Assembly: GCA_049514855.1 (NCBI GenBank)
Contig: JBEKUR010000003.1
Coordinates: forward strand, 12,768 to 76,767
Direction of reading: 5' to 3'
Origin: Terriglobia bacterium
Lineage (GTDB): Bacteria > Acidobacteriota > Terriglobia > UBA7540
DNA length: 64,000 bases
Below are positions 37,397 to 45,902 of this stretch, in pieces; within the stretch, counting starts at the first letter, position 1; every line of letters starts with the position of its first letter. The notes beneath the pieces are model-generated. The model was not told where the DNA came from. It saw only the letters and a program-made list of their open reading frames with translations, and made no database searches. Position numbers and translations under genes: made by a program.

Positions 37397-39409
37397 TTAC
37401 CCACCCATGTTGACCCTGACAGTCGCCCGCGCCCCACTGCTTACCGTGAAGGTGCCTTCATAAGGCTCCCACCCCTGACGCCTGACCGTGTATTTGTGGC
37501 TTCCGGCGGCCACGGTAACTCGCACCGGGCTGGGACCTATCAACTTCCCATCAATCAACACTTCTAAGCCGGGCGGCGTGGTGATGACAAGGACTTCTCC
37601 GCTCGCCTCCGAAAGCTGGGCGTTGACCGTGGCGGTTTTCCCCCCTTCGATGGTTACGGACTGCTGGTAATCACCGTACCCCTCTTTTGAAACGACCACT
37701 TGGTGAGTGCCGGCGGGGCGGTTGATCGTGGACGAGTAAGGGGTGACCCAATCAGGTTCGCTGCTGCCATCTAGCGAAATCTTGGCCCCAGCGACATTCG
37801 CCGTGACCAGCAAATGGCCCATCTCGGGGGTCGCGCCAAGCCCTCCGCCACGGGCAGAGGGAAGGGGGGTCGCGCCAGGCCCTCCGCCACTGGCAGAGGG
37901 AAGGGGGGTCGCGCCGGGCCCTCCGCCACCGGGAGAGCGAACGGGAATCAGCCCAGATGTTCTGCTCTCTTTCGTGGAAGGCATCCCCTTGCCCGCAGCA
38001 GGTTTTTCCGCTAGGGTTTTGCTCGGCGGTTCGGGCGCTTGCGCAGGAAGGCTGGCGTTGACACTGTTAGTCTTCCCGCCCTCGATGGTGACCGCCTGCT
38101 GGTAATTATCGTAGCCCTCTTTCGAAACCACTACTTGGTGGGAACCGGCCGAAAGATCGGGAATAGTGCATGGTGTGACCCAATCAGGCCCGCTCTGACC
38201 ATCGACCGAAATCCGCGCCCCAGGAACGTTCGACTCGACGTGCAATTGCCCGACCGGGGGGCTGGCTACTTGTGGCTTCCCTTTATGGAGATAGAAGTAC
38301 CCTGCTCCCCCGAGGATTCCCAGGATTACAACGCCCAGCAGCGTCATGAGGGTCCAAACCACCGGCGAAGCATGCGGTATTTGGTAGGCCGGCGCCGACG
38401 CTATGACCTGTACTGGCGCTTGCCCGGGGGAAGGTTGTTGAATAGGCGCTATCCGAGCCGGTTCTGCCGGGGCGATGGGCGGCGTTGGACTCTCGACAGG
38501 TGTCGCCGCCGCACGCTCCAAGTCGGTGCTTTGCAGGGCCCGAGCCTTGAGGATCATGGTGGCGGAGGGCGCCGCCGGTCCCCCCAGGTACTTGAAATTC
38601 TTCAGATCATCCGCCAACTCCCGGCAAGTCTGGTAGCGCTCCTCGGGACTCTTAGCCAGGGCTTTGCAAATCACGTAGCTTAGACCCGGATGAATCGTGG
38701 CATCCAGTTCACGAGGCGGAATGGGGTTTTCGTTAATGATCTTATAAATGATGGTGGTAATGTTCTCTCCGCCGAAGGGCATTTCGCCGGTCACCAGGTC
38801 GTAAAGAATGATGCCCAAGGAAAAGATATCGGAACGGCCGTCAATCTGGCGTCCCTTGACCTGCTCGGGCGACATGTAATTGGGCGTGCCCAGGACTTGC
38901 CCGGCTTGGGTCATCCCCATAGACACCATCTTGGCTATGCCGAAGTCGGTCACTTTAACTAATCCATTACCAAGAACCATGATGTTGGCAGGCTTGATAT
39001 CACGGTGAACGATGCCGTTCTGGTGGGCGTGGTCCAGCGCATTGCACACCTGGCCGTACATGGGGATGATGGTTTCGATGGGAAGGATATTCTGGCCCTC
39101 GACCAGCTTCTCCAGCGATTTCCCCTCCAGGTATTCCATGATCAAGTAGAGGATGCCACTGTCTTCACCGTAATCGAAGACACTAACGATGTTGGGGTGG
39201 CTCAGCACGCCGGCCGCTCGGGCCTCGCGCTGAAACCGAGCTCTGAACTCCTGGAATTCTTGCGAAGTAAGACCTTCGGTAAGCATGGTCTTGATCGCAA
39301 CCTTGCGCCCGATGACCGGGTCAAAACCCTCATAAACTACACCCATAGAGCCGCGTCCCAACTCTCGTACAACCTGGTATCGGCCTGCCTTGGTCAGTGC
39401 GTCGGCCAT
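37397..39409 (-). CDS. Ser/Thr protein kinase with TM segment and three C-terminal PEGA-like domains
   Basis: 'LGRGSMGVVY', 'AIK', 'HRDIKPANIMV', 'DFGIAK', 'GTPNYMSPEQ'. Repeated '...VSKEGYDNYQQAVTIEGGKT' modules. Confidence 0.9.
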   Translation of the reverse strand: MADALTKAGRYQVVRELGRGSMGVVYEGFDPVIGRKVAIKTMLTEGLTSQEFQEFRARFQREARAAGVLSHPNIVSVFDYGEDSGILYLIMEYLEGKSLEKLVEGQNILPIETIIPMYGQVCNALDHAHQNGIVHRDIKPANIMVLGNGLVKVTDFGIAKMVSMGMTQAGQVLGTPNYMSPEQVKGRQIDGRSDIFSLGIILYDLVTGEMPFGGENITTIIYKIINENPIPPRELDATIHPGLSYVICKALAKSPEERYQTCRELADDLKNFKYLGGPAAPSATMILKARALQSTDLERAAATPVESPTPPIAPAEPARIAPIQQPSPGQAPVQVIASAPAYQIPHASPVVWTLMTLLGVVILGILGGAGYFYLHKGKPQVASPPVGQLHVESNVPGARISVDGQSGPDWVTPCTIPDLSAGSHQVVVSKEGYDNYQQAVTIEGGKTNSVNASLPAQAPEPPSKTLAEKPAAGKGMPSTKESRTSGLIPVRSPGGGGPGATPLPSASGGGPGATPLPSARGGGLGATPEMGHLLVTANVAGAKISLDGSSEPDWVTPYSSTINRPAGTHQVVVSKEGYGDYQQSVTIEGGKTATVNAQLSEASGEVLVITTPPGLEVLIDGKLIGPSPVRVTVAAGSHKYTVRRQGWEPYEGTFTVSSGARATVRVNMGG

Positions 39410-39570
39410 GTGACTCTCACCTTCTTCCGCTTGGCGCTTCTGCGCGAAGTCGTTCAGCAGACACTAGTTCCTTGCCGTGTTCAGACTCGCAGCCCGAGGG
39501 AACACCTCACCTCTGAAGCTCCCCAGATGCAGCCAAGCCTAACGCAACAGGATATGGGTGTCAAGGCGTC

Positions 39571-39600
39571 GTCTAGAGTCGTCTAGAGTCGTCTAGAGTC
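39571..39600. repeat. 3 x 10-bp perfect tandem repeat 'gtctagagtc'
   Basis: Seen directly. Lies 160-190 nt upstream of the kinase start codon. Confidence 0.8.
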
Positions 39601-39805
39601 TGTGTTAATTGTTGAGCGTGTAGCGCAAAGTCTCGTGGTTCAGAGACTCTGCGGCTTGTTCGCTGGTGCGTTTGAGATTGTAATCTGCGCCGATGTTAGC
39701 TGGACGTCGAGCCCGCAGCCCGGCGTCGCTTTGTGGCCGCGCGTCGACGGCTCAGAGAACGAGCCGCAGAGATTGAAAAGCACAAACTCTGCGCGACGCG
39801 CCGGA

Positions 39806-41116
39806 TCAGAGGACGCCGCCCGGCGCGAACGCCCCTATCAGAGCAACTTCCTCACTGATGCCGAGCATTTTGCACAGCAGCACGAAGAGTAGAGCACGCA
39901 GCTTCCTGTTCGCCTCGAAGTATTCCTTCACACCCTGAAGCTCTTTCCTCTCTGGGCGCCCATCGTAGTGCACCAAGTAGTTTCTGGTGTCTTCAACAGT
40001 TCGAACGAAATCCTCGGGTTTTCCACCGATATGGTCCCTCGTTTGCTCAGACAGTCCATCGAAGAGATTTTGAAGCCGCTGCTTGAATTCGTATTTGCCC
40101 CCGCGTTGTCGTCGATCAAAGATCTCAAGCGCTTGAGCCAGACCCAGGAATTCGGCCTGCAGGTTCATCCTGTTATCATAGTGGCTGGACACCGCGAAAT
40201 CGTACACAGGCTGGAATCTGTCGGCGTTGTCTAGCCAGGTCTTCACAACTGTAGCGGCCTGTGACTTGATAAGCGGGAAAGGCAAGCGTGTGGCAAAGCA
40301 TCTTTCCCTCTTACCGCCTTGGCACCTGGGCGAGCGGTAAATCTTGATGTCTCGCTCGTCCCGCCATGTCCTCAGCGTGCTCGGGTAGACAGGCCCGCCC
40401 GCCAGAAAGGCCAAGAGTTGCCTGCACAGTTGCAAGACCTGAAGGTACCACGCATAATCGCGCGGCACTGCGGGATCGACTACAAAATAAGCTCTGTGGA
40501 GTAAGCTCAATGACCTTGTTGCCTTGGCCTCCCATTGCACGCTGGACCACAAGGAAATTACAGCGTCGAGCGAGGCCACGTCTGCCTCAAAGACCTTCCG
40601 TGAGCGGTAGGGCAAGCGGAGCTCTAGTGGGTCTGTCGGTTCCAGAGGCACCGGTAGGAAATTGAAACCCGCGCTGAGCGGGTCGATGCCAAGCCATTCT
40701 TCGAGATGCGTGAACCCGACGTACATCGATTGGAACGTCAATGCGCGCTCGTCCGGGAAATGCTCGCCGACAAACAGGTTGCTTAATTGAACATTCGACC
40801 AGACCTGCACGTTCTCCGCATTGCCAGAGGCCATAGGAGACTCTACCGTCCCGAACAGGGTGCATTCTTCCCCCTCATCGCTGGTTCCTAGAATCAATGG
40901 TCTCCGGACGGGCGGCAACGGCCAGAGGATTTCCACGGAGTCCTCCTTGATGGGTCCTTGAAATGCCCCCATCAGTTCCAAGCGAATAGACTCCTCGGGG
41001 TTGTAATGGAGAATGCCGGGAAGTCTATTCCCAGGCTCGCCAGGAAGCCACCAGTATCCCCGTAGCTTAAACTCGTCCAGAAGCGAATGCTCGTCTGACA
41101 TGCGACCACTCCGCAT
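39806..41116 (-). CDS. ApeA-like HEPN-domain protein (putative RNase / abortive-infection effector)
   Basis: N-terminus 'LRGYWWLPGEPGNRLPGILHYNPEESIRLELMGAF' resembles ApeA_NTD1. C-terminal 'EDTRNYLVH' (39969-39986) is an Rx4H HEPN motif. Start at ATG 41116 or 41101. Confidence 0.65.
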   Translation of the reverse strand: MRSGRMSDEHSLLDEFKLRGYWWLPGEPGNRLPGILHYNPEESIRLELMGAFQGPIKEDSVEILWPLPPVRRPLILGTSDEGEECTLFGTVESPMASGNAENVQVWSNVQLSNLFVGEHFPDERALTFQSMYVGFTHLEEWLGIDPLSAGFNFLPVPLEPTDPLELRLPYRSRKVFEADVASLDAVISLWSSVQWEAKATRSLSLLHRAYFVVDPAVPRDYAWYLQVLQLCRQLLAFLAGGPVYPSTLRTWRDERDIKIYRSPRCQGGKRERCFATRLPFPLIKSQAATVVKTWLDNADRFQPVYDFAVSSHYDNRMNLQAEFLGLAQALEIFDRRQRGGKYEFKQRLQNLFDGLSEQTRDHIGGKPEDFVRTVEDTRNYLVHYDGRPERKELQGVKEYFEANRKLRALLFVLLCKMLGISEEVALIGAFAPGGVL

Positions 41117-41398
41117 TTTGGGTTTGACACAGGGATGTGGGCCCCGTGAGATCGTCCTCCATTCGGAACAGAGGGAATGACCATTATACCTCTTGGGCGA
41201 TTCCGCATCGCGTAGTGGCCGATCATCGCCCTGGCGAGGCCACACTTCTGACTTGGCGGCAATCCGTCTGTGATACGGTAGACTTCGAGCACAAGGCGAT
41301 GCGCCACCCCGCCAAGCTCACAAGAACCGCAGGACCGGACAGCGGGTCCTGCGCTACACCACCACGCTTCTCGACTTGGGCACTGAACCTCTACCCAC

Positions 41399-42745
41399 CT
41401 ACTGCTTAAAGGGCCATTCATGCTTCATCCGCGCCCGAATAAAGTACGCCGCGCTGCCGACCGCAAAAACCGCAAAAGCGAAAATCAGTGACTTCCTCGC
41501 CGCAGTTCCCAACACGTAGACCCAACCAAAAAGCGAGATGATTCCAGGCAAGGGATAGAACCACATGCGGAAGGGTCGCGGGAGTTGTGGAGCTTTAAAT
41601 CGGAGCAAGAAAAAACCCACGGTCTGGGGTAAGTACTGGATCAGCACACGTGTGGCGACCAGGCTTCCGATGATCTCACTCAGATGGCCGAGGCTGAAAA
41701 TGGAGGCCACAATTCCCAGCGTGATGAGCGAGACATAAGGGAATTGGCCTTTGGGATGAAGCCGCGCGAAGACGCGGAAGAAGTTCCCGTCCATCGCCGC
41801 CGCGTAGGGGATGCGGGAATATCCCAGGAGCAGCGAGAAAACCGAAGAAAAGGCAATCCAGAGCAGCAGGCCCGTCATCACTTTGCCTGCGGCTGCGCCC
41901 TGGAGTGTTTCGATATAGACAGAGGCAATGAAGGGGCTGTGAATGGCATCCCGCCAGGGGATCACACTGAGGAAGGAGGCGGTCATAAGCACGTACAGGG
42001 TTCCCACCGCCAGGATGGAAAACATGATGGCACGTGGAATCACGCGGCCCGGATTGCGGATTTCTTCGGCAAGGTAACAAACGTTGTAATAGCCGAAGTA
42101 ATCGTAGAGCGCATAAAGCGTGGCATGGCCGAGCCCCACCCAGAAGATCCAGTTCAGGTGAAACGCGCCAGGGGGGAAATCCAGCAGGCGCCTAGCACTC
42201 AAGTGAGGCAGCCCGGAAAAGATGATCCAAAAGCATCCCAGAATCACGCCACCCACCAGGACCACCGAAACCTTTCCGAGGGCGCCGATGCGCCGGTAAA
42301 GCAGCGCGACCAGCAACAGCGGAAAAACCGCGGCGACCATGCGCACGCCCCCTGGCGACAGGCCGGGCAAGAGGTAGTGAAGATAGTTGGCAAAGCCGAT
42401 GCTGCCGCTGGCCACCGAGAGTGGCGCCGAAAACATGATTTGCCAGACCATCAGGAACGAGAACCAGCGTCCCGCGCCGCGCGCTCCGTAGGCTTCGCGA
42501 AGATAGTTGTAACTCCCACCCGCCTTGGGCATCGCCGCGCCCAGTTCCGCCCAAACCAAGCCATCGCAGAACGCCAGCAGCGCTCCCACCAACCAGCCCA
42601 GCATCGCCTGTGGCCCGCCCATCGTGGCCAGGAAGAGGGGAATGGTGATGTAAGGGCCAATCCCCACCATGTCCGTGATGGCCAGAGACGTGGCCTGGAT
42701 CAGCCCCAGTTCTTGACGCAAACCCGGTTTGCTGGACAACTCCAT
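41399..42745 (-). CDS. APC-family amino-acid permease
   Basis: 'ATSLAITDMVGIGPYITIP', 'WAELGAAMPKAGGSYNYLREAYG'. About 12 TM segments. ATG at 42745 is preceded by AAGGTGA. Confidence 0.9.
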   Translation of the reverse strand: MELSSKPGLRQELGLIQATSLAITDMVGIGPYITIPLFLATMGGPQAMLGWLVGALLAFCDGLVWAELGAAMPKAGGSYNYLREAYGARGAGRWFSFLMVWQIMFSAPLSVASGSIGFANYLHYLLPGLSPGGVRMVAAVFPLLLVALLYRRIGALGKVSVVLVGGVILGCFWIIFSGLPHLSARRLLDFPPGAFHLNWIFWVGLGHATLYALYDYFGYYNVCYLAEEIRNPGRVIPRAIMFSILAVGTLYVLMTASFLSVIPWRDAIHSPFIASVYIETLQGAAAGKVMTGLLLWIAFSSVFSLLLGYSRIPYAAAMDGNFFRVFARLHPKGQFPYVSLITLGIVASIFSLGHLSEIIGSLVATRVLIQYLPQTVGFFLLRFKAPQLPRPFRMWFYPLPGIISLFGWVYVLGTAARKSLIFAFAVFAVGSAAYFIRARMKHEWPFKQ

Positions 42746-42764
42746 GCGGCTCACCTTGAACAAA

Positions 42765-42861
42765 GTTGTCAGTTGTCAGTGGTCAGTTGTCAGTTGTTGC
42801 GAACCTGCGATCGCTTAGTGCCGGGGACCTGGCACCTGAAACCTGACACCTGGCACCTGTT
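42765..42861. repeat. two heptamer arrays: (GTTGTCA)5 and (ACCTGNN)5
   Basis: 42765-42799 and 42827-42861, read directly. Both can be written as (CTGNNNN)n on one strand. Confidence 0.85.
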
Positions 42862-42869
42862 CTTCGCGT

Positions 42870-43097
42870 CTACTTCTTGAGGAGCAGGCGAAGGAGGTCA
42901 GCCTTGGCCTTCGGGCCGGGCGAGACGGGCCGGGCAGAGAGGCTAAGCAGATAGACCGTGCGAGCGGCTTCCTTAACTCTCTCCAGGCAATGCTCGCAAC
43001 CCTGGGTGAGGTGCTCACGCAGTCCCAGCGAGCCCTCATCCGAGAGCGCTCCGAGCAGGAACAATTCGTAAACGTCCTCTAGATGTCGGCAGTCCAA
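42870..43097 (-). CDS. short putative anti-sigma factor (zf-HC2-like, no TM segment)
   Basis: 75 aa. 'C..LEDVYELFLLGAL......LREHLTQGCEHC'. Overlaps the sigma gene stop by 19 nt. Confidence 0.55.
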   Translation of the reverse strand: MDCRHLEDVYELFLLGALSDEGSLGLREHLTQGCEHCLERVKEAARTVYLLSLSARPVSPGPKAKADLLRLLLKK

Positions 43098-43819
43098 GTT
43101 CCCAACACCGCGTGTTGGCGGTGCCTCAGGAAGGTAAAGGCGGCGCGCAACCCCGCGTTCACCTTCCCCAGGGGCTCGCCGAGCTGCTCAGCGATTTCTG
43201 ATTCGGTATAACCACCGAAAACCGCAAGCTCCAGCGCGTGGCGCTGCGGCTTGGGCATTTGGTTGAAAGCTCTTTGAAGCAGGGCCATCCGAGCATCAAC
43301 CAAGGCTATGTCCTCCGCACGCGGCATCCAGACCTGAGGAGACGCGGCGAGGAATAGCAACGTCTCCGAGTCACACTTGGTTGAAAGGCGCTCCCGTGGT
43401 TTGTCCGCTTTGCGTGCTGAGACGGCTGACTTGCCCGCAGCCTTCTCCTCTCTCGTACGACCGTGCCCGTGGGGACTTTGGGTAGGTCGAGCCCCAACTG
43501 TCCGCTGGGCACGAAGACGCTTCAAGGCGATGTGCCGCGACGTGAGCACAAGCCAAGCAGCCAGACTCCCCTTGGTTTGGGCAATACCGGGCGCTTCCTT
43601 CCACAGTCGCACAAAAACCTCTTGCAACGCGCTCTCGGCATCGGGCCTCGCGGACAAAATGCGTATAAGTAGCCCCAGCAGCTTGGGGGCGAGTTCCTCG
43701 TACAAGCTCTCCAGCGCTTCAACCTCACGCTCTGCCACGCGGCCCAAAAGCTCCTCCGCCTTCAATTCCTTGTTCGCGCCCGATGACTTGGAGGACCTTG
43801 TATTTGCTTCAGTAGGCAT
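43079..43819 (-). CDS. ECF-type RNA polymerase sigma factor with long region 2-4 linker
   Basis: Region 2 'ALQEVFVRLWKEAP...LAAWLVLTSRHIALKRLR'. Region 4 'MPKPQRHALELAVFGGYTESEIAEQLGEPLGKVNAGL'. Confidence 0.85.
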   Translation of the reverse strand: MPTEANTRSSKSSGANKELKAEELLGRVAEREVEALESLYEELAPKLLGLLIRILSARPDAESALQEVFVRLWKEAPGIAQTKGSLAAWLVLTSRHIALKRLRAQRTVGARPTQSPHGHGRTREEKAAGKSAVSARKADKPRERLSTKCDSETLLFLAASPQVWMPRAEDIALVDARMALLQRAFNQMPKPQRHALELAVFGGYTESEIAEQLGEPLGKVNAGLRAAFTFLRHRQHAVLGTWTADI

Positions 43820-44119
43820 GACATTTCAATCGAATCAAATCAGTAATCCGTTTCCTGGAAAATTATCGCATTCAGTTTTCCCTGCCCCAAGGGCCAAGCG
43901 GGCTTTCTATCCATTTGTCTCAAAATGTTCGAACCGTGTTGCCGCTTGCGTCGCAACAATTCTTTAATGATAACCATAAAGAGAATCGATTGGACTACTC
44001 AAGGCCTCCAGCCTTAAATAGTAAGTGAGTCCCGCCAGAGCATCGGATCTTCGTCGAGAAGACCTTGCCCCCAGGGCTTCGCGGCTTGACCATGGCGGGA
44101 CCAAGTTCCTCTTCTTCAC

Positions 44120-44153
44120 TTCGGGCCCCTGTGAAGGGGCCCGAATCTTTTTT
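44120..44153 (+). terminator. strong plus-strand intrinsic terminator without an upstream plus-strand CDS
   Basis: 11-bp GC-rich stem 'ttcgggcccct'/'aggggcccgaa', GTGA loop, then 'tcTTTTTTg'. Confidence 0.6.
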
Positions 44154-44278
44154 GCCTGACTTTTGATGGTCTTTCCTGCGCGGTTCCCAAGGGCCCAGGT
44201 TTACCTGAGATTAGATTCTTACCAAGGAGTCAAAGAGTTAAAGAGTTTAACTTTTCAACTCTTCGACTTTAGGTTATC

Positions 44279-45628
44279 TCATCCTGAAATCCTCTTCTTT
44301 CCGGCGTCCCAACTGGCTATTGTGTTGTTGAAGTACGAGTGATTGGCCATGTGGCAGGCAATGGCCGTATTGTTTCCGAAGGTCGCATCCTCGACTGAAG
44401 GCCTTCGCGTTCTCACCGACTCGAAGAAGTTCCAAAGGTGCTCGCGGTCGTCGTTGTAGTCCGGCGGCGCATAATAGCGCGCGGATTCTACCGTCGCCGA
44501 GGTGGCAGGTTTCGGCTCATGTTCCTTCTGCCACTGCTGTGCGAAACCGATTTTCATGTTCTTGGGCCAACCTGGGGTGCAGGGTGCGTAATCCACGCCT
44601 TGCTGGGGTGTCATGGTCAACTCGTCGTTGCGGATTTCGAGCATTCCCAGCGTGCCCATGAATCGCGTCGCCTCTTCCGTCTCCGTGTTCAACGTCACTC
44701 TGAAAGTGGCGCGGAACTGAGGGTATTCATATACGGTAGTCATCGAGTCGGGGACATCCCGCCCGTCCTTCCACCGGAAAAGGCCGCCCATCGAGAAGGC
44801 GCGCTTGGGCGGCGCCGTGATTCCAGCGACGTAGTGGACCCCGGTCAACAGATGCACGTAAAGGTCGCCAGGAATCCCTTCTCCGTAATCCTGCCAGCAA
44901 CGCCAGCGCGTAAAGTGCATGGGATTGAAAGGCTTCTTGGGGGCCGTACCCAGCCAGGTGTCCCAGTCGAGAGTCTCAGGAGACAAATCCGGCGGCACCG
45001 TGTATTCCCAAGCGCCGCAGGGGTCGTTGCGGCCCATCGAGGCTTCGACAAGGCAGACATCACCGATCACACCCCGTTCGTAGAGTTCTTTGGCTTTGGC
45101 GTACACGATGGAGCTGCGCCGCTGGCTGCCAATTTGGACGATTCGGTTGTTCTTCTGTTCCGCCGCAATCATCTCAAAGCCGTCAGCCACAGTATGGGTC
45201 ATGGGTTTCTCGCAGTAGACGTCCTTTCCGGCATTACAACAGTCCACGACGATCTGCTTGTGCCAGTGGTCCGGCACCGCGGCAACGATGCAGTCTATCT
45301 CCTTGTTGTCGAGGAGTTCCTTGTAGTGGCGCGTGGTGGGAATCTCCTTGTCGACGATTTCTTTGGCCAACTCGCGCCGTCCGTCGTACAAATCGCAAGC
45401 GGCCACGCATTCAACTCCTGGGAGCTGGATAGAGGTGCGAAGCAGCCCGGAGCCTTGCATGCCCACGCCGATGATGCCCATCCGCACCGTGTCACCGGCC
45501 GGAACCGCCCGGGGAGAGGCATAGGACGGCCGCGGGTCCAAAAGAAATGACCGGCCAGCCAGCGTTGCGCCCGCCACACACGCTGTCGTCTGCATGAATT
45601 TACGCCTGGAAATCCGTTGCTCACTCAT
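44279..45628 (-). CDS. Gfo/Idh/MocA-family oxidoreductase with Tat signal
   Basis: 'SRRKFMQTTACVAGATLAG', Rossmann 'RMGIIGVGMQG', 'AVPDHWH', 'KDVYCEKPM'. Confidence 0.9.
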   Translation of the reverse strand: MSEQRISRRKFMQTTACVAGATLAGRSFLLDPRPSYASPRAVPAGDTVRMGIIGVGMQGSGLLRTSIQLPGVECVAACDLYDGRRELAKEIVDKEIPTTRHYKELLDNKEIDCIVAAVPDHWHKQIVVDCCNAGKDVYCEKPMTHTVADGFEMIAAEQKNNRIVQIGSQRRSSIVYAKAKELYERGVIGDVCLVEASMGRNDPCGAWEYTVPPDLSPETLDWDTWLGTAPKKPFNPMHFTRWRCWQDYGEGIPGDLYVHLLTGVHYVAGITAPPKRAFSMGGLFRWKDGRDVPDSMTTVYEYPQFRATFRVTLNTETEEATRFMGTLGMLEIRNDELTMTPQQGVDYAPCTPGWPKNMKIGFAQQWQKEHEPKPATSATVESARYYAPPDYNDDREHLWNFFESVRTRRPSVEDATFGNNTAIACHMANHSYFNNTIASWDAGKKRISG

Positions 45629-45902
45629 GGGGTATTGCCTCCTGGATATTTGAATCAATACTATTCGCGCAGGCGCTTATCCTAATCGGCGCACAAAGTA
45701 AGATCAAGGGAGAATTTCCGGACCGGTGCGGATCAGTGCGTGTGTAATAGCCTTTGCAGGCGAGAGGCGCTGCGCCGCCGGTCATCCCACGATTCTCGCG
45801 GCGCAAGCGCCTAGTGGTCATCAAATGGCTGCGCCCGCACAGAGTTGCCACACCCAGGCGCATAAACGAGCAATCCGGTTTAATCGGGTCGAAGGGTCAC
45901 TG

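Noticed and set aside
41684-42880. 398-aa plus-strand ORF
   Set aside because: Antisense to the APC permease. The highly basic, repetitive translation is not protein-like.
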